64,000 nt of DNA. Source: Prochlorococcus sp. AH-736-L23. GTDB taxonomy: Bacteria > Cyanobacteriota > Cyanobacteriia > PCC-6307 > Cyanobiaceae. Below, in pieces: positions 42,033 to 52,917 of the stretch. The stretch's first letter is position 1. Each line of letters starts with the position of its first letter. The translations under genes and the position numbers were made by a program. The stretch spans positions 20,557-84,556 of the forward strand of contig JAOIPS010000002.1 of NCBI GenBank assembly GCA_028141225.1. The letters are read 5' to 3'. Below the pieces are notes generated by a model, which ran no database searches, was not told the origin of the DNA, and saw only the letters and a program-made list of their open reading frames with translations.

Positions 42033-43532
42033 ATGACTAATACTGATTCTGATAATTCTCGTGAATGGGCTGCACAAGCTTATGCACTTTTAAAAAAAAG
42101 ACAGGAAGAGCAAAAGCAAGAATTAGAGAGACAGGAAGAGCAAAAGCAAGAATTAGAGAGACAGGAAGAGCAAAAGCAAGAATTAGAGAGACAGGAAGAG
42201 CAAAAGCAAGAATTAGAGAGACAGGAAGAGCAAAAGCAAGAATTAGAGAGACAGGAAGAGCAAAAGCAAGAATTAGAGAGACAGGAAGAGCAAAAGCAAG
42301 AATTAGAGAGACAGGAAGAGCAAAAGCAAGAATTAGAGAGACAGGAAGAGCAAAAGCAAGAATTAGAGAGACAGGAAGAGCAAAAGCAAGAATTAGAGAG
42401 ACAGGAAGAGCAAAAGCAAGAATTAGAGAGACAGGAAGAGCAAAAGCAAGAATTGATTGATATTCCTAATAAAGAAAATATTGCTGGACAGTCTAAAACT
42501 ATTGTTGAAACAGAATTAGGAGAATTTGATGATAATTTTACCTGGTCTGCAATGGTATTAGCTGCCCAAGGAAAAAAATTAAATCAAATATCAGTTGATG
42601 AAATTGATTGGTTAACTAAATTACGGAGAGGATTAGAAGAAACCCGAAAAGGATTCGTTACTGAATTATTGGATAAATTGGGAGATGATCCTCTTACTCC
42701 TGAATCTCTTGACGATTTAGAGACCCTATTAATAAGAGCTGATGTAGGAATTGATTCAACCGATAAAGTTATAAGTTCCCTTAGAACAAAATTAAACGAG
42801 GAAGTCGTGGGTGGAGAAGCAGGAATAAAATTCTTAAAGAAGGAATTAAAATTAATTATCGACAAACCAATAAAAAATTCTGGTTCTGATCTTTTAGTAC
42901 CCAAAAAGGGTAAGCTAAATGTCTGGTTATTAGTAGGAGTTAATGGTGTAGGCAAAACTACTACATTAGGAAAATTAGCATACTTGTCATCAAAAAGTAA
43001 TTATAAAACTTTGATTGCTGCTGCTGATACTTTTAGAGCCGCTGCGGTAGAACAACTTAAAGTGTGGGGAGAAAGAAGTAATGTTGAAGTAATATCTAAT
43101 CAATCAAAAAATGCTGATCCAGCTGCTGTAGTTTTTGATGCAATTAATTCTGCAAAAAAAAGAAATGTTGATTTATTACTTGTTGATACAGCGGGCAGAT
43201 TACAAACAAAAAATAATTTGATGGATGAATTAGCAAAAATAAAAAAAATTATTGATAAAAAGGTCCCAGATGCAATTGTTGAATCATTATTAGTTTTAGA
43301 TGCAAGTCAGGGACAAAATGGCTTAAAGCAAGCAAAAAGTTTCGCTAAATCAGCAGATTTAAGTGGAGCAATTATTACTAAATTAGATGGTACTTCTAGA
43401 GGAGGAGTTTCTTTAGCTGTATCAGAAGAAGTAAATTTGCCTATAAGGTTTATTGGAGCTGGAGAAGGTATAAAAGATCTTAGACCATTTAATAGTTATG
43501 AATTTGTAGAGGCTATGCTTGCAGATAAATAA
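42033..43532 (+). CDS. ftsY: Signal recognition particle receptor FtsY
   Basis: NG domain motifs GVNGVGKTTT, DTFRAAA, DTAGR and TKLDG. Repetitive N-terminal region. Confidence 0.97.
   Translation: MTNTDSDNSREWAAQAYALLKKRQEEQKQELERQEEQKQELERQEEQKQELERQEEQKQELERQEEQKQELERQEEQKQELERQEEQKQELERQEEQKQELERQEEQKQELERQEEQKQELERQEEQKQELERQEEQKQELIDIPNKENIAGQSKTIVETELGEFDDNFTWSAMVLAAQGKKLNQISVDEIDWLTKLRRGLEETRKGFVTELLDKLGDDPLTPESLDDLETLLIRADVGIDSTDKVISSLRTKLNEEVVGGEAGIKFLKKELKLIIDKPIKNSGSDLLVPKKGKLNVWLLVGVNGVGKTTTLGKLAYLSSKSNYKTLIAAADTFRAAAVEQLKVWGERSNVEVISNQSKNADPAAVVFDAINSAKKRNVDLLLVDTAGRLQTKNNLMDELAKIKKIIDKKVPDAIVESLLVLDASQGQNGLKQAKSFAKSADLSGAIITKLDGTSRGGVSLAVSEEVNLPIRFIGAGEGIKDLRPFNSYEFVEAMLADK
42099..42454 (+). 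repeat. Perfect 30-bp coding tandem repeat, about 11.9 copies (RQEEQKQELE)
   Basis: Unit ACAGGAAGAGCAAAAGCAAGAATTAGAGAG is repeated without mismatch from 42101: 11 full copies plus 24 nt. Confidence 0.98.
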
Positions 43533-43597
43533 ATATGTAATTATTTTTTAAAAAACTTAAATTTAATGTTAAAACATATTTATCTATTAGAGTTGTT

Positions 43598-44941
43598 TTG
43601 ACAAATAATCAAAAAGAAAAAATATTTTTGAATAAATTTATCCAAAAATTTTTAGAAAATGATCCTAATGTAACTAAAAAAAATAATTATAAATTTGCAG
43701 AAATTGCATCTTCCCTAGCATATTATTTAAAATCATTTTCTAACATAAATAAATTTCTGGATTATGTATGCTTAATTTTTAAACATATTTTTTCTGAGAA
43801 TATAATTTTAATTATTCCTTTAAATTTCGAAGGGGGGATATGGAATGAAAATATAAAAATTTCAGTTAATAATGAATATTTAACAATTCAAGAAGAAATT
43901 AATAGTTTTTTGAATCAATTTCATTTTTCAAAAAATTTTAAAATAAAAGAAATTCTAATTTTTGAAAATGCTTTAAAAATTAAATTTAAGGAATATAAAA
44001 TTGAAACAAAAAAAATAATATCTAGAGGTAAATGTAGAGGATTTATTTATATTTTTAGCAAAGATATTTCTAGTCAGTTGATATCTGAAGATAGTAATTT
44101 TAATTTTATTGAAAATTGTCTAGCTGTTGGATTAGAAAATCACTTCTTAATAAAAACGAAGAAAAAACATGAAAATGTTGATAGAGAAATTTCTACTGGT
44201 GCTGAAATTCAATCTCAATTACTCCCTGATTATTGTCCAATTATCCATGGTATAGACATTGCTGCACATTGTAGACCAGCTCTTCAGCTCGGTGGGGACT
44301 ACTATGATTTTATCTGCTTAAAGACGAATATCCCTGAAAAAAGGAAAGAAAAATCAAAATGGGCTTTTGTAATAGGTGATGTTATGGGTAAAGGTATTCC
44401 AGCTGGTCTTTTAATGACTATGTTAAGAGGAATGCTACGTGCAGAGGTTCTTACAGGTCTGCCTCCAGATAGAATTTTGCATGATTTGAATCAATTAGCA
44501 ATAAATGATTTAGATCAATCGCACAGGTTTGTGACATTATTTTACTCAGACTATGATCCTAGAACTAGAAAATTGAGATTCGCTAATGCAGCACATAATC
44601 CTCCTCTGCTTTGGAAAAGTTTAGATCAAAAAATTATTAAATTAGATACGAAAGGATTTGTACTTGGACTACAAAAAGATGCTGAATATCATTGTGGTGA
44701 AATCAAGCTTAATCAAAATGATTTAGTTCTTTATTACACAGACGGAGTAATTGATACTTCTAACTCTTTAGGGCAAAGATTTGATGAAGAAAGATTAATT
44801 AAAATTCTTACAAAACTATGTAAGCAATCTTTTACATCTCAAGAAATTTTAAATAAAATATTCAAAAAGTTAGATGATTTTACAGGGCATAATAGACATC
44901 TTGAAGATGATGCTTCGATGGTTATTTTTCAATTGAAATAG
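43598..44941 (+). CDS. PP2C-type (SpoIIE/RsbU family) protein phosphatase
   Basis: GGDYYDF, IGDVMGKG, NAAHNPP, YTDGV and EDDAS motifs. Confidence 0.92.
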   Translation: MTNNQKEKIFLNKFIQKFLENDPNVTKKNNYKFAEIASSLAYYLKSFSNINKFLDYVCLIFKHIFSENIILIIPLNFEGGIWNENIKISVNNEYLTIQEEINSFLNQFHFSKNFKIKEILIFENALKIKFKEYKIETKKIISRGKCRGFIYIFSKDISSQLISEDSNFNFIENCLAVGLENHFLIKTKKKHENVDREISTGAEIQSQLLPDYCPIIHGIDIAAHCRPALQLGGDYYDFICLKTNIPEKRKEKSKWAFVIGDVMGKGIPAGLLMTMLRGMLRAEVLTGLPPDRILHDLNQLAINDLDQSHRFVTLFYSDYDPRTRKLRFANAAHNPPLLWKSLDQKIIKLDTKGFVLGLQKDAEYHCGEIKLNQNDLVLYYTDGVIDTSNSLGQRFDEERLIKILTKLCKQSFTSQEILNKIFKKLDDFTGHNRHLEDDASMVIFQLK

Positions 44942-45002
44942 ATATTTTTGTCACTTATATAAAAAAATGCTTTATTAGAGATATTTAAAGTTACTAACTG
45001 AT

Positions 45003-46382
45003 ATGGCAAAAGTTTGGAGTAAAAGGTTTGATAATGCACTTGACCCTCATATCGAAAAGTTTAATGCCTCAATTGTTTTTGATAGAAAGCTTATTTTAGA
45101 AGATCTAGAGTGCTCGATTGCTCATGCGAAAATGCTTGGCAAAACAAAAGTTTTATCCTCTTCTGAAGTTTTGCAAATTATTAATGGTTTAAAGTTAATA
45201 AAAGTTGAGTATTTGGAGGGTAAATTTTTTCCTGGCCCACCTTCTGAAGATATTCACTATTGCATAGAAGAAAAGCTGATAGGTTTAATTGGTGAAACTG
45301 GAAAAAAATTACACACGGGAAGAAGTAGAAATGATCAAGTCGGTACAGATATAAGATTGTGGCTAAGAAAAGAGATTGACAACATTGAAACTTTAATAAT
45401 CGATTTACAAAAATCCTTCTTAAATCTTGCGAAATCTAATATTTATACTTTAATTCCTGGATATACCCACATGCAAAGAGCTCAACCATTATCTTTAGCT
45501 CATCATTTATTAGCTTACATAGAAATGCTTCAAAGAGATCGTGAAAGGTATAAAGAAGTACGCTCAAGAGTTAATATTTCTCCGTTAGGAGCTGCAGCAT
45601 TAGCTGGAACAAAAATAAAAATAGATAGGCACTTTACAGCTGCAGAATTGGGTTTTAATAAAATTTATAAAAACAGTATTGATGCAGTAAGTGATAGAGA
45701 TTTTTGTATAGAGTTTGTTTCTGCATCTGCTTTGTTGATGTCTCATTTAAGTAAGATTTCAGAGGAAATAATTTTATGGGTAACAGATGAATTTTCTTTT
45801 GCAAAATTAACAGATAAATGTGCCACTGGAAGTAGCTTAATGCCGCAGAAAAAAAATCCTGACGTTCCAGAATTGATCAGAGGAAAGACAGGAAGAGTCT
45901 ATGGGCATCTCCAGGCATTGTTAACGATGGTTAAAGGAGTACCACTGTCTTACAACAAGGATTTTCAAGAGGACAAAGAGCCAATATTTGATACCGCAGA
46001 AACAATATCTTCCTGTATTAAGGCAATGACTATTCTTATAAATGATGGCATTGAATTTAATATTAAAAATCTATCTGATTCTGTAGAAAACGACTTTTCT
46101 AATGCTACTGATTTGGCAGATTACTTAGTTGGTAAAGATGTTCCTTTCAGGACCGCCTATCAAGTTGTTGGTCAAATGGTTAAATATTGCCTCGAGAGAA
46201 AAATTTTATTAAAAAATCTCAAAATTGAAGAATTTAAAAAATTTCATCCCGAATTTGATGAGGATGTTTTTGTGGATCTTAAACCTGTTAATGTTGTTAA
46301 ATCAAGAAATAGCGAAGGTGGTACAGGTTTTGCTCAGGTAGAAAAAGAAGTAAATAATTGGAAAAAAAGATTGTTACTTTGA
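45003..46382 (+). CDS. argH: Argininosuccinate lyase
   Basis: [21 protein letters not shown] and [12 protein letters not shown] motifs. Confidence 0.97.
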   Translation: MAKVWSKRFDNALDPHIEKFNASIVFDRKLILEDLECSIAHAKMLGKTKVLSSSEVLQIINGLKLIKVEYLEGKFFPGPPSEDIHYCIEEKLIGLIGETGKKLHTGRSRNDQVGTDIRLWLRKEIDNIETLIIDLQKSFLNLAKSNIYTLIPGYTHMQRAQPLSLAHHLLAYIEMLQRDRERYKEVRSRVNISPLGAAALAGTKIKIDRHFTAAELGFNKIYKNSIDAVSDRDFCIEFVSASALLMSHLSKISEEIILWVTDEFSFAKLTDKCATGSSLMPQKKNPDVPELIRGKTGRVYGHLQALLTMVKGVPLSYNKDFQEDKEPIFDTAETISSCIKAMTILINDGIEFNIKNLSDSVENDFSNATDLADYLVGKDVPFRTAYQVVGQMVKYCLERKILLKNLKIEEFKKFHPEFDEDVFVDLKPVNVVKSRNSEGGTGFAQVEKEVNNWKKRLLL

Positions 46383-46493
46383 ATATCAATTATTTTTCTA
46401 CAACAAGGGTAAGCTTTGAAGTAGAATAATTAAGCAACACTATGAGACTACTCATTGTAGTTTTTTTATAAGGTATTTTTTGTTGAGTTTAAA

Positions 46494-47078
46494 GTGAGTA
46501 TTTTTGTTGGCAATTTGCCGTTCCGCGCAGAGCGTGAAGATGTTATACAATTGTTTGCCCCTTTTGGTGAAGTTTTAAATTGTTCCCTTCCTTTGGAGAG
46601 AGATACTGGAAGGAAAAGAGGATTTGCATTTATTGAGATGGCAGATGAAGCGATTGAGTCAACAGCTATTGATGGTTTGCAAGGCACGGAACTTATGGGT
46701 AGACCATTAAGAATTAATAAAGCTGAGCCTAGAGGTTCTGGTGGATCTCGTAGAGGAGGAAGAGGCGGCTATGGCGGTGGCGGGTACGGCGGTGGCAATA
46801 ATGGCGGCTACGGCGGTGGCGGTTACGGCGGTGGCAATAATGGCGGCTATGGCGGTGGTGGCTACGGCAGTGGCAATAATGGCGGCTATGGCGGTGGTGG
46901 CTACGGCGGTGGCAATAATGGATCTAATAGCTCTGACGCTAATAAATCTTCTGGAGCAGAGGGTTGGGAAGACAGAAGTTATGGAAATTCTTCTGATAAC
47001 TCTGAATACGAAAATGGCAGGAGCAGAAGAAAAAGGGGAATATCCAATGGGAGCAATGCTTCAAACGAGACAAATTAG
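46494..47078 (+). CDS. RRM RNA-binding protein with glycine-rich tail (cyanobacterial Rbp)
   Basis: RNP2 IFVGNL, RNP1 RGFAFIEM, and GGY repeats. GTG start. Confidence 0.95.
   Translation: MSIFVGNLPFRAEREDVIQLFAPFGEVLNCSLPLERDTGRKRGFAFIEMADEAIESTAIDGLQGTELMGRPLRINKAEPRGSGGSRRGGRGGYGGGGYGGGNNGGYGGGGYGGGNNGGYGGGGYGSGNNGGYGGGGYGGGNNGSNSSDANKSSGAEGWEDRSYGNSSDNSEYENGRSRRKRGISNGSNASNETN
46764..46919 (+). repeat. 39-bp imperfect coding tandem repeat, 4 copies (GGYGGGGYGGGNN)
   Basis: Units start at 46764, 46803, 46842 and 46881 and differ mostly at synonymous positions. Confidence 0.9.
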
Positions 47079-48079
47079 TAACCCATTTCTTCAAGGGATG
47101 TTGTTAATTTAAATAGATTTTCAATATTTAATTCTTTTTTTATAGATTTATTAGAAATTTGATTTCTCCAAATTTTTGCTTTTGGTATACCCTCAACTAA
47201 ATTTATAAGATGTTTACAAATATCCCAAGATTTTCCTCCATTATTTAGATGCGCTTCTATGTATGGAATTAAGGAAAATATAATGTTTGAAGCAGTTTTA
47301 GGTTTTTTATTTATTCCATAAATCTTTTGATCAATTTCAGACCATCTCAAGGGATGTTTATAAATTGACCGTCCAATCATGACTCCATCAAAATCATTCA
47401 AGGCTTTTAATGATTGATCGATATTTGTTAAACCTCCATTGATTTCTATTAATAATTTTGGATTTGTTTTTTTCAATTTTTTTACTACATCATAATTTAG
47501 TGGAGGTATGGTTCTATTTTGTTTTGGATTTAGACCCTTTAATATCGCTTTCCTTGCGTGAACTGTAAATCTGTCTGCACCAGCATTTGCGATAATTCGT
47601 ACGAAATTATTCAAGTTCACGAAACTATCATCATTATCTACACCAATTCTGTGTTTGATCGTAACCGGTAAGTTGCAATTATTTTTTAAGGATTCTATAC
47701 ATTTTGCTACTTTTTCAGGTTCTTTCATAAGTGAAGCGCCAAAATTTCCAGAACAGACCCTTGGACTCGGACAACCAACATTAAAGTTTATTTCGTCATA
47801 ACCCCAATCCTGTGCCATTTGCGCGGCCTCTTTAAGGATTCTAGGATCGTCCCCACCAAATTGGATCGATATAGGGTGTTCTTCATCATTAAAATCTAGA
47901 AAATTTGCTTTTTTATTAGTATAAACTAAGCTCTGGGCCACAATCATTTCCGTATACAATAGAGCTTCAGAACTTATTTTTCTCATTATCATTCTAAAGT
48001 GTTTATCAGTACAATCCATCATTGGAGCAATACTTAATTTGTGAACATTTTTAATAGAATTGGTTTGAATAAGATGCAT
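47075..48079 (-). CDS. dusA: tRNA dihydrouridine(20/20a) synthase
   Basis: IAPMMDCTD, NFNVGCPS, TVHARKA and VMIGR motifs. Confidence 0.93.
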   Translation of the reverse strand: MHLIQTNSIKNVHKLSIAPMMDCTDKHFRMIMRKISSEALLYTEMIVAQSLVYTNKKANFLDFNDEEHPISIQFGGDDPRILKEAAQMAQDWGYDEINFNVGCPSPRVCSGNFGASLMKEPEKVAKCIESLKNNCNLPVTIKHRIGVDNDDSFVNLNNFVRIIANAGADRFTVHARKAILKGLNPKQNRTIPPLNYDVVKKLKKTNPKLLIEINGGLTNIDQSLKALNDFDGVMIGRSIYKHPLRWSEIDQKIYGINKKPKTASNIIFSLIPYIEAHLNNGGKSWDICKHLINLVEGIPKAKIWRNQISNKSIKKELNIENLFKLTTSLEEMGY

Positions 48080-48101
48080 TACTTTTTTGTGATTTAAATA
48101 T

Positions 48102-48596
48102 ATGAATCAATTTCTATCAAGAAGAACTTTTATTCTAATTCCTACTATGTCAATCTTAAAAAAAATCTTTAATCCAATGCAAGTATTAGCATCTTCACTT
48201 GCTTCTAAAGAAGAGTGGAATTTTTCAAAAGAAGAATGGAAAGCTAGGCTTAGTCCAGAATCTTATTATATTCTGAGGGAGGAAGGTACTGAAAGAGCTT
48301 TTAGCAGCCAATTAAATTATGAGAAAAGAAAAGGGATGTTTCACTGTGCAGGATGCGATTTGCCGCTTTTTTCTTCAGATAAAAAGTATGATAGTGGTAC
48401 AGGATGGCCAAGTTTTTGGGAATCAATTCAAGGATCTGTAGAAACAAAAGTTGATTTTAAATTAATTGTCCCCAGAACCGAATATCATTGTTCTAGATGC
48501 GGAGGTCATCAAGGGCATGTCTTCAATGATGGGCCACTTCCCACTGGTAAAAGATACTGCAATAATGGACTAGCATTAAAGTTTGTTCCCGACTAA
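48102..48596 (+). CDS. msrB: Peptide-methionine (R)-S-oxide reductase
   Basis: GTERAF, SGTGWPSF, GHVFNDGP, RYCNN and two CxxC motifs. SRRTFI twin-arginine-like N terminus. Confidence 0.95.
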   Translation: MNQFLSRRTFILIPTMSILKKIFNPMQVLASSLASKEEWNFSKEEWKARLSPESYYILREEGTERAFSSQLNYEKRKGMFHCAGCDLPLFSSDKKYDSGTGWPSFWESIQGSVETKVDFKLIVPRTEYHCSRCGGHQGHVFNDGPLPTGKRYCNNGLALKFVPD

Positions 48597-48602
48597 ATAT
48601 TT

Positions 48603-48626
48603 GTGCGGCCTTCCGCAACTTGTTTT
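48603..48626 (+). promoter_or_regulatory. GC-rich inverted repeat between msrB and grpE (msrB terminator and/or K-box-like site)
   Basis: TGCGG-CCTT-CCGCA followed by ACTTGTTTT in an otherwise AT-rich spacer. Confidence 0.4.
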
Positions 48627-48671
48627 GTGCATAACTTTATTGGAGAATAGTTTTATTAAATTTTTGAAAAA

Positions 48672-49388
48672 ATGATTGAAAATCAATCAGACATTATTAA
48701 TAAAGAAAATGATGATTCTAATCAGGATAATTCTACTGAAGATCTATCATCCACTCAAAATTCAACTACCGAAAATGATGAATTATCTTCTCAAAAAACA
48801 GAAGAAATAAATACTGAAGAATTAAAAAATACTATTTCAAATAATGATGCAAGATTAGAACAATTAGAAAAAGAACATGAAACATTAAAAAATCAATATG
48901 TAAGGATTTCAGCAGATTTTGATAATTTCAGAAAAAGACAGTCTAGGGATCAGGATGATTTAAAAATCCAACTCGTTTCAAAGACTTTAACGGCAATACT
49001 TCCTATTGTTGATAATTTTGAAAGAGCAAGACAACAATTAAAACCAGAAAGTGAAGAAGCTCAAGCTCTTCATAGAAGTTATCAAGGATTGTATAAACAA
49101 TTGGTAGAAGTATTAAAACAACAGGGAGTTTCACCCATGAGAGTAGTTGGTCAGCAATTTGATCCAAACTTGCATGAAGCTGTATTAAGAGAACCTAGTG
49201 AGGAGTTTGAAGAGGATTTTATTATTGAAGAATTACAGCGAGGATATCATTTAGAAGGTAAGGTTCTGAGACATGCATTGGTTAAGGTTTCTATGGGGCC
49301 TGGTAAACAAAATTCACAACAGGAAGTAGAAAAGGATACAGTTGAAGAGGATGTCAATTCAGAGGTAAATACTTCTGAAGATTTGTAA
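48672..49388 (+). CDS. grpE: Nucleotide exchange factor GrpE
   Basis: [28 protein letters not shown] and QRGY...VLRHALVKV motifs. Confidence 0.97.
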   Translation: MIENQSDIINKENDDSNQDNSTEDLSSTQNSTTENDELSSQKTEEINTEELKNTISNNDARLEQLEKEHETLKNQYVRISADFDNFRKRQSRDQDDLKIQLVSKTLTAILPIVDNFERARQQLKPESEEAQALHRSYQGLYKQLVEVLKQQGVSPMRVVGQQFDPNLHEAVLREPSEEFEEDFIIEELQRGYHLEGKVLRHALVKVSMGPGKQNSQQEVEKDTVEEDVNSEVNTSEDL

Positions 49389-49417
49389 ATTCTAAATTTT
49401 TATTTGAGCATTATCTA

Positions 49418-50542
49418 ATGGCTGATTTTTACCAAATACTTGGAGTTTCAAGAGATGCTGATGCGGATACCTTAAAAAGGGCTTATAGAAAATTAGCAAG
49501 ACAATATCATCCTGATGTTAATAAAGAACCTGGAGCAGAAGATAAATTTAAAGAAATTGGTAAGGCTTATGAAGCTTTAGCCGATCCTGAAACAAGAGCT
49601 AGATATGATCAGTTTGGTGAGGCTGGCTTGGGAGGCGCGGCTGGAATGCCAGATATGGGGGATATGGGTGGCTTTGCAGATTTATTTGAAACTTTTTTTA
49701 ATGGCTTTGGTGGACAAAATCCTCAGGGAGGAAGAACTCAAAGAAGAGGCCCTCAACAAGGTGATGATCTTAGGTATGACCTTAATGTTGACTTTAAAGA
49801 TGCAATATTTGGCCAACAAAGAGAAATTAAAATTCCTCATCTTGAAACATGCGATGTCTGTAGGGGAACAGGTGCAAAACAAGGAACTGGACCAAAAACT
49901 TGTTCAACCTGTGGGGGCAGTGGACAAGTTAGAAGAGCTACAAGAACTCCTTTTGGTAATTTTACACAAGTAGCTGAATGTCCTTCATGTAATGGAGCTG
50001 GTCAAATAATTGTAGATCCATGTGTAAGTTGCAGCGGTAATGGAGTAAAGCAAGTCAGAAAAAAATTAAGAATTAATATCCCTGCGGGAGTCGATACTGG
50101 TACTAAATTAAGAGTTTCCGGAGAGGGAAATGTTGGTTTAAAAGGGGGTCCACCTGGAGATCTTTATGTTTTTATCAAAGTTAAGAATGATTCAAAACTC
50201 AAAAGAGATGGTGTAACTATTTTCTCAGAAATAGATGTAAGTTATTTACAAGCTATTTTAGGTGACACTGTTAAAATTACTACAGTTGATGGAAATGTAA
50301 ATTTAAAAATTCCAAGTGGTACCCAGCCAAATACAACTCTTTCACTTGAGAATAAAGGGGTACCAAGGCTTGGCAATCCGGTTGCTAGAGGAAATCATGA
50401 AGTTTTAGTAAAGGTAAAATTGCCAACTCGTATAACTGACGAAGAACGAAAGCTTTTAGAAGATTTGGCTTCTCAATATTCAGATAAAAATATTAATTCT
50501 AGTAGTGGACTTTTTAGTAAATTTTTTGGTAAAGAATCATAA
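49418..50542 (+). CDS. dnaJ: Chaperone DnaJ
   Basis: J domain HPD, G/F region, and four CxxCxGxG motifs. Confidence 0.97.
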   Translation: MADFYQILGVSRDADADTLKRAYRKLARQYHPDVNKEPGAEDKFKEIGKAYEALADPETRARYDQFGEAGLGGAAGMPDMGDMGGFADLFETFFNGFGGQNPQGGRTQRRGPQQGDDLRYDLNVDFKDAIFGQQREIKIPHLETCDVCRGTGAKQGTGPKTCSTCGGSGQVRRATRTPFGNFTQVAECPSCNGAGQIIVDPCVSCSGNGVKQVRKKLRINIPAGVDTGTKLRVSGEGNVGLKGGPPGDLYVFIKVKNDSKLKRDGVTIFSEIDVSYLQAILGDTVKITTVDGNVNLKIPSGTQPNTTLSLENKGVPRLGNPVARGNHEVLVKVKLPTRITDEERKLLEDLASQYSDKNINSSSGLFSKFFGKES

Positions 50543-50772
50543 TGACTTTTTTAAAGCATTTGGATCTTAAATCTGTTCCATGTCCTTTAAATGTTGTCAA
50601 AATCAAATTAGCTTTAGAAAAGTTATCTAAACATGAATACCTTATAGTTGAATTAGATAAAGGTGAACCAGAAGAAATGGTACTAAACAACTTAAAAGAG
50701 ATGGGTTGTTGGTTTAAACAAATTAAAGAAAATGAAAAATTTATAAAAATCAAAATATTGAATGAAAATTAA
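50542..50772 (+). CDS. TusA/SirA-family sulfur carrier protein
   Basis: LDLKSVPCPLN motif, 76 aa. TAATG-coupled to dnaJ. Confidence 0.88.
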   Translation: MTFLKHLDLKSVPCPLNVVKIKLALEKLSKHEYLIVELDKGEPEEMVLNNLKEMGCWFKQIKENEKFIKIKILNEN

Positions 50773-51679
50773 TAATAAACTTTTAGGCTTAGTTACGAAA
50801 AAATTTAATGATTTTTTTTTAGTTGATTTAAAAAATCAAGAGAATTCAGTAATTAGCGAGAAATTTTTATGTAAGGTGAGGAAGTCCATAAATTTCAAGA
50901 ATCAATTAATTTATGTTGGAGACCAAGTTGTAATTGAAAATATTGATTTAAAAAGCAAACGTGCAGTAATAACAAGTTTTAAAAAAAGAAAAAATTTATT
51001 AGTAAGACCCTCGGTTGCCAATATTTCTAACATATACATCACTTTTTCCGTTGAAGAGCCAGCGTTAAATTTATCTCAAGTTAATAGGTTTTTGATATCA
51101 GCAGAATCTATGGGTGTTGAAGTATCATTAGTTTTGACAAAATGTGATTTAATTTCAGATACAAGAAGATCTTCATTAATTGATAAATTTGAGAAGTGGG
51201 GTTATCAAGCAATAACTTTAAATCTAGAGAAATCTGACTACTTTAATAATTTATTAGTTGAGTTAAAGCAAAAAGAGTGTTCAATTTTAATGGGCCCATC
51301 AGGTGTTGGTAAAACTACTTTGCTTAATATGATAATTCCAGGTCTTCAAAATAGTACTGCTCAAGTTTCCAATAAAATTAAGAGAGGTAAAAATACTACT
51401 CGAAATGTTGAGTTATTTCCTTTATCAAATCAAAGTTACATTGTCGATACTCCTGGTTTTAATATGCAACCTCTAGAGGTTGATATTAGGTTGTTACCAA
51501 ATCTTTATCCAGAAATATATAAACAGTTAATCGATGAAGAAATCAAGTGTAAATTTCGTAACTGCTTACATTTAAACGATGAGGGTTGTAATTTAAATAA
51601 ATCTTTCGAAAGATATTCTTTTTATAAAGAAATGATTGAGTCTTCTAAGAGTCACTATTCTCAAAACCTGGAAGATTAA
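50762..51679 (+). CDS. rsgA: Ribosome small subunit-dependent GTPase A
   Basis: Circularly permuted GTPase ([16 protein letters not shown]) with zinc finger CKFRNCLH...GC. Confidence 0.95.
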   Translation: MKINNKLLGLVTKKFNDFFLVDLKNQENSVISEKFLCKVRKSINFKNQLIYVGDQVVIENIDLKSKRAVITSFKKRKNLLVRPSVANISNIYITFSVEEPALNLSQVNRFLISAESMGVEVSLVLTKCDLISDTRRSSLIDKFEKWGYQAITLNLEKSDYFNNLLVELKQKECSILMGPSGVGKTTLLNMIIPGLQNSTAQVSNKIKRGKNTTRNVELFPLSNQSYIVDTPGFNMQPLEVDIRLLPNLYPEIYKQLIDEEIKCKFRNCLHLNDEGCNLNKSFERYSFYKEMIESSKSHYSQNLED

Positions 51680-51995
51680 GATTTAATCCACCAGTCAAAT
51701 CATTCATCCTTTCTTTCATAGTTGTAGTTGATAATTCATGAGCTTTTTGAATAGCTTGTAAAATATTCTGCTCTATTTTTTCTTTATCTGAATTTAAAAT
51801 ATTTTCTTGTACTTCTACCTTTAAAGGAAGTTGGTTTCCACTTATCCAGACTTTAATCATTTCATCATCACTTTTTCCTTCAATCTCCATATTTTCAAGT
51901 TCATCTTGTAATTTTTGAGCATCTTGCTGAATTTGTTTCGCTTTTTTAAAAGCTTCTGTAAGTTGTCCGAAGTTAGGAAGTCCAAAACCCGCCAT
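51645..51995 (-). CDS. YbaB/EbfC nucleoid-associated protein
   Basis: [15 protein letters not shown]...EIEG pattern, 116 aa. Confidence 0.9.
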   Translation of the reverse strand: MAGFGLPNFGQLTEAFKKAKQIQQDAQKLQDELENMEIEGKSDDEMIKVWISGNQLPLKVEVQENILNSDKEKIEQNILQAIQKAHELSTTTMKERMNDLTGGLNLNLPGFENSDS

Positions 51996-52012
51996 TTTGT
52001 TAAAAAGTTTCT

Positions 52013-52906
52013 TTAGTTAGGATAGTCAAAACCAATCATTCTTACTTCCGGTTGCAAAAAAATTCCTTTTTTTTGTAGTACTTTTTGTTGAATTACTGTT
52101 ATTAATTCATAAATGTCTTTTGAACTTGCTGAAGAAGTGTTAATTATAAAATTTGAATGTATTGTAGAAATTTCAGCACCTCCAACTTTAAATCCTTTTA
52201 AACCAATATCATCGATTAATTTTGCGGCATAATTATTTTCAGGGTTTTTAAAAACACTACCAAAACTTGGTTGATGATATGGTTGTGTTTTTGTTTTTAA
52301 TTTAAGGTTATTTTTGGTTGTTTGAATTAATTGTTCTAGATTCCCATTAGGCTCAAAATATAATCTTGCACTAATAATAGCTAAATCATTTTTTTGAAAA
52401 GAGCTAAATCTATACTTAAAATTAATATCTTTTTTTTCAATTTGAAGTTTTTCATGAGTTTTATTATTTATAACTTTTACAGAAATAAGATTTTTTGCTA
52501 GCGATAAATTACCAGTGCCAGCATTCATATAAATTGCTCCTCCTAATGTTCCTGGAATTCCGATAGCCCATTCCCCTCCTTGTAATCCGTTTTTAGCAAG
52601 AGAATTAGATAATGTTGGGAGCATTACACCTGCTTCCGCTTCAACAATTCCTGAATATGGCTCTACCTTTAATGATTTCAATTTTTTTGTACATATAACT
52701 AAGCCTTTTATGAAAATATTATTTATTAAAAGATTTGAACCTGCGCCAATTATTTGACATTTTTGTTTGTTTAAATTAGCCCATTTCATTAGATATGAAA
52801 GTTCGTCAATGCTTCTTGGTTCAGCAAAATATTCAGCTACTCCTCCAACTTTTATAGTTGTGTAACTACTCAAATCAAAGTTTTCAGAAAAAATCTTTCT
52901 ATTCAT
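52013..52906 (-). CDS. murB: UDP-N-acetylmuramate dehydrogenase
   Basis: [29 protein letters not shown] and HSNFIIN motifs. Confidence 0.96.
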   Translation of the reverse strand: MNRKIFSENFDLSSYTTIKVGGVAEYFAEPRSIDELSYLMKWANLNKQKCQIIGAGSNLLINNIFIKGLVICTKKLKSLKVEPYSGIVEAEAGVMLPTLSNSLAKNGLQGGEWAIGIPGTLGGAIYMNAGTGNLSLAKNLISVKVINNKTHEKLQIEKKDINFKYRFSSFQKNDLAIISARLYFEPNGNLEQLIQTTKNNLKLKTKTQPYHQPSFGSVFKNPENNYAAKLIDDIGLKGFKVGGAEISTIHSNFIINTSSASSKDIYELITVIQQKVLQKKGIFLQPEVRMIGFDYPN

Positions 52907-52917
52907 AAATTAGTTTT

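Noticed and set aside
42099-42454. Possible CRISPR array (30-bp direct repeats)
   Set aside because: The repeats are head-to-tail with no spacers, in frame inside ftsY, and no cas genes are present.
42065-42460. Alternative-frame 131-aa ORF (ETGRAKARIR)n
   Set aside because: By-product of a stop-free repeat unit in another frame of ftsY. There is no independent evidence of expression.
46439-46467. Hairpin ATGAG-ACTA-CTCAT with T tract between argH and rbp
   Set aside because: The stem is too weak to call a terminator or riboregulator from sequence alone.
46741-47112. Alternative-frame ORF in the rbp gene
   Set aside because: Shadow frame of the GC-rich glycine repeats.
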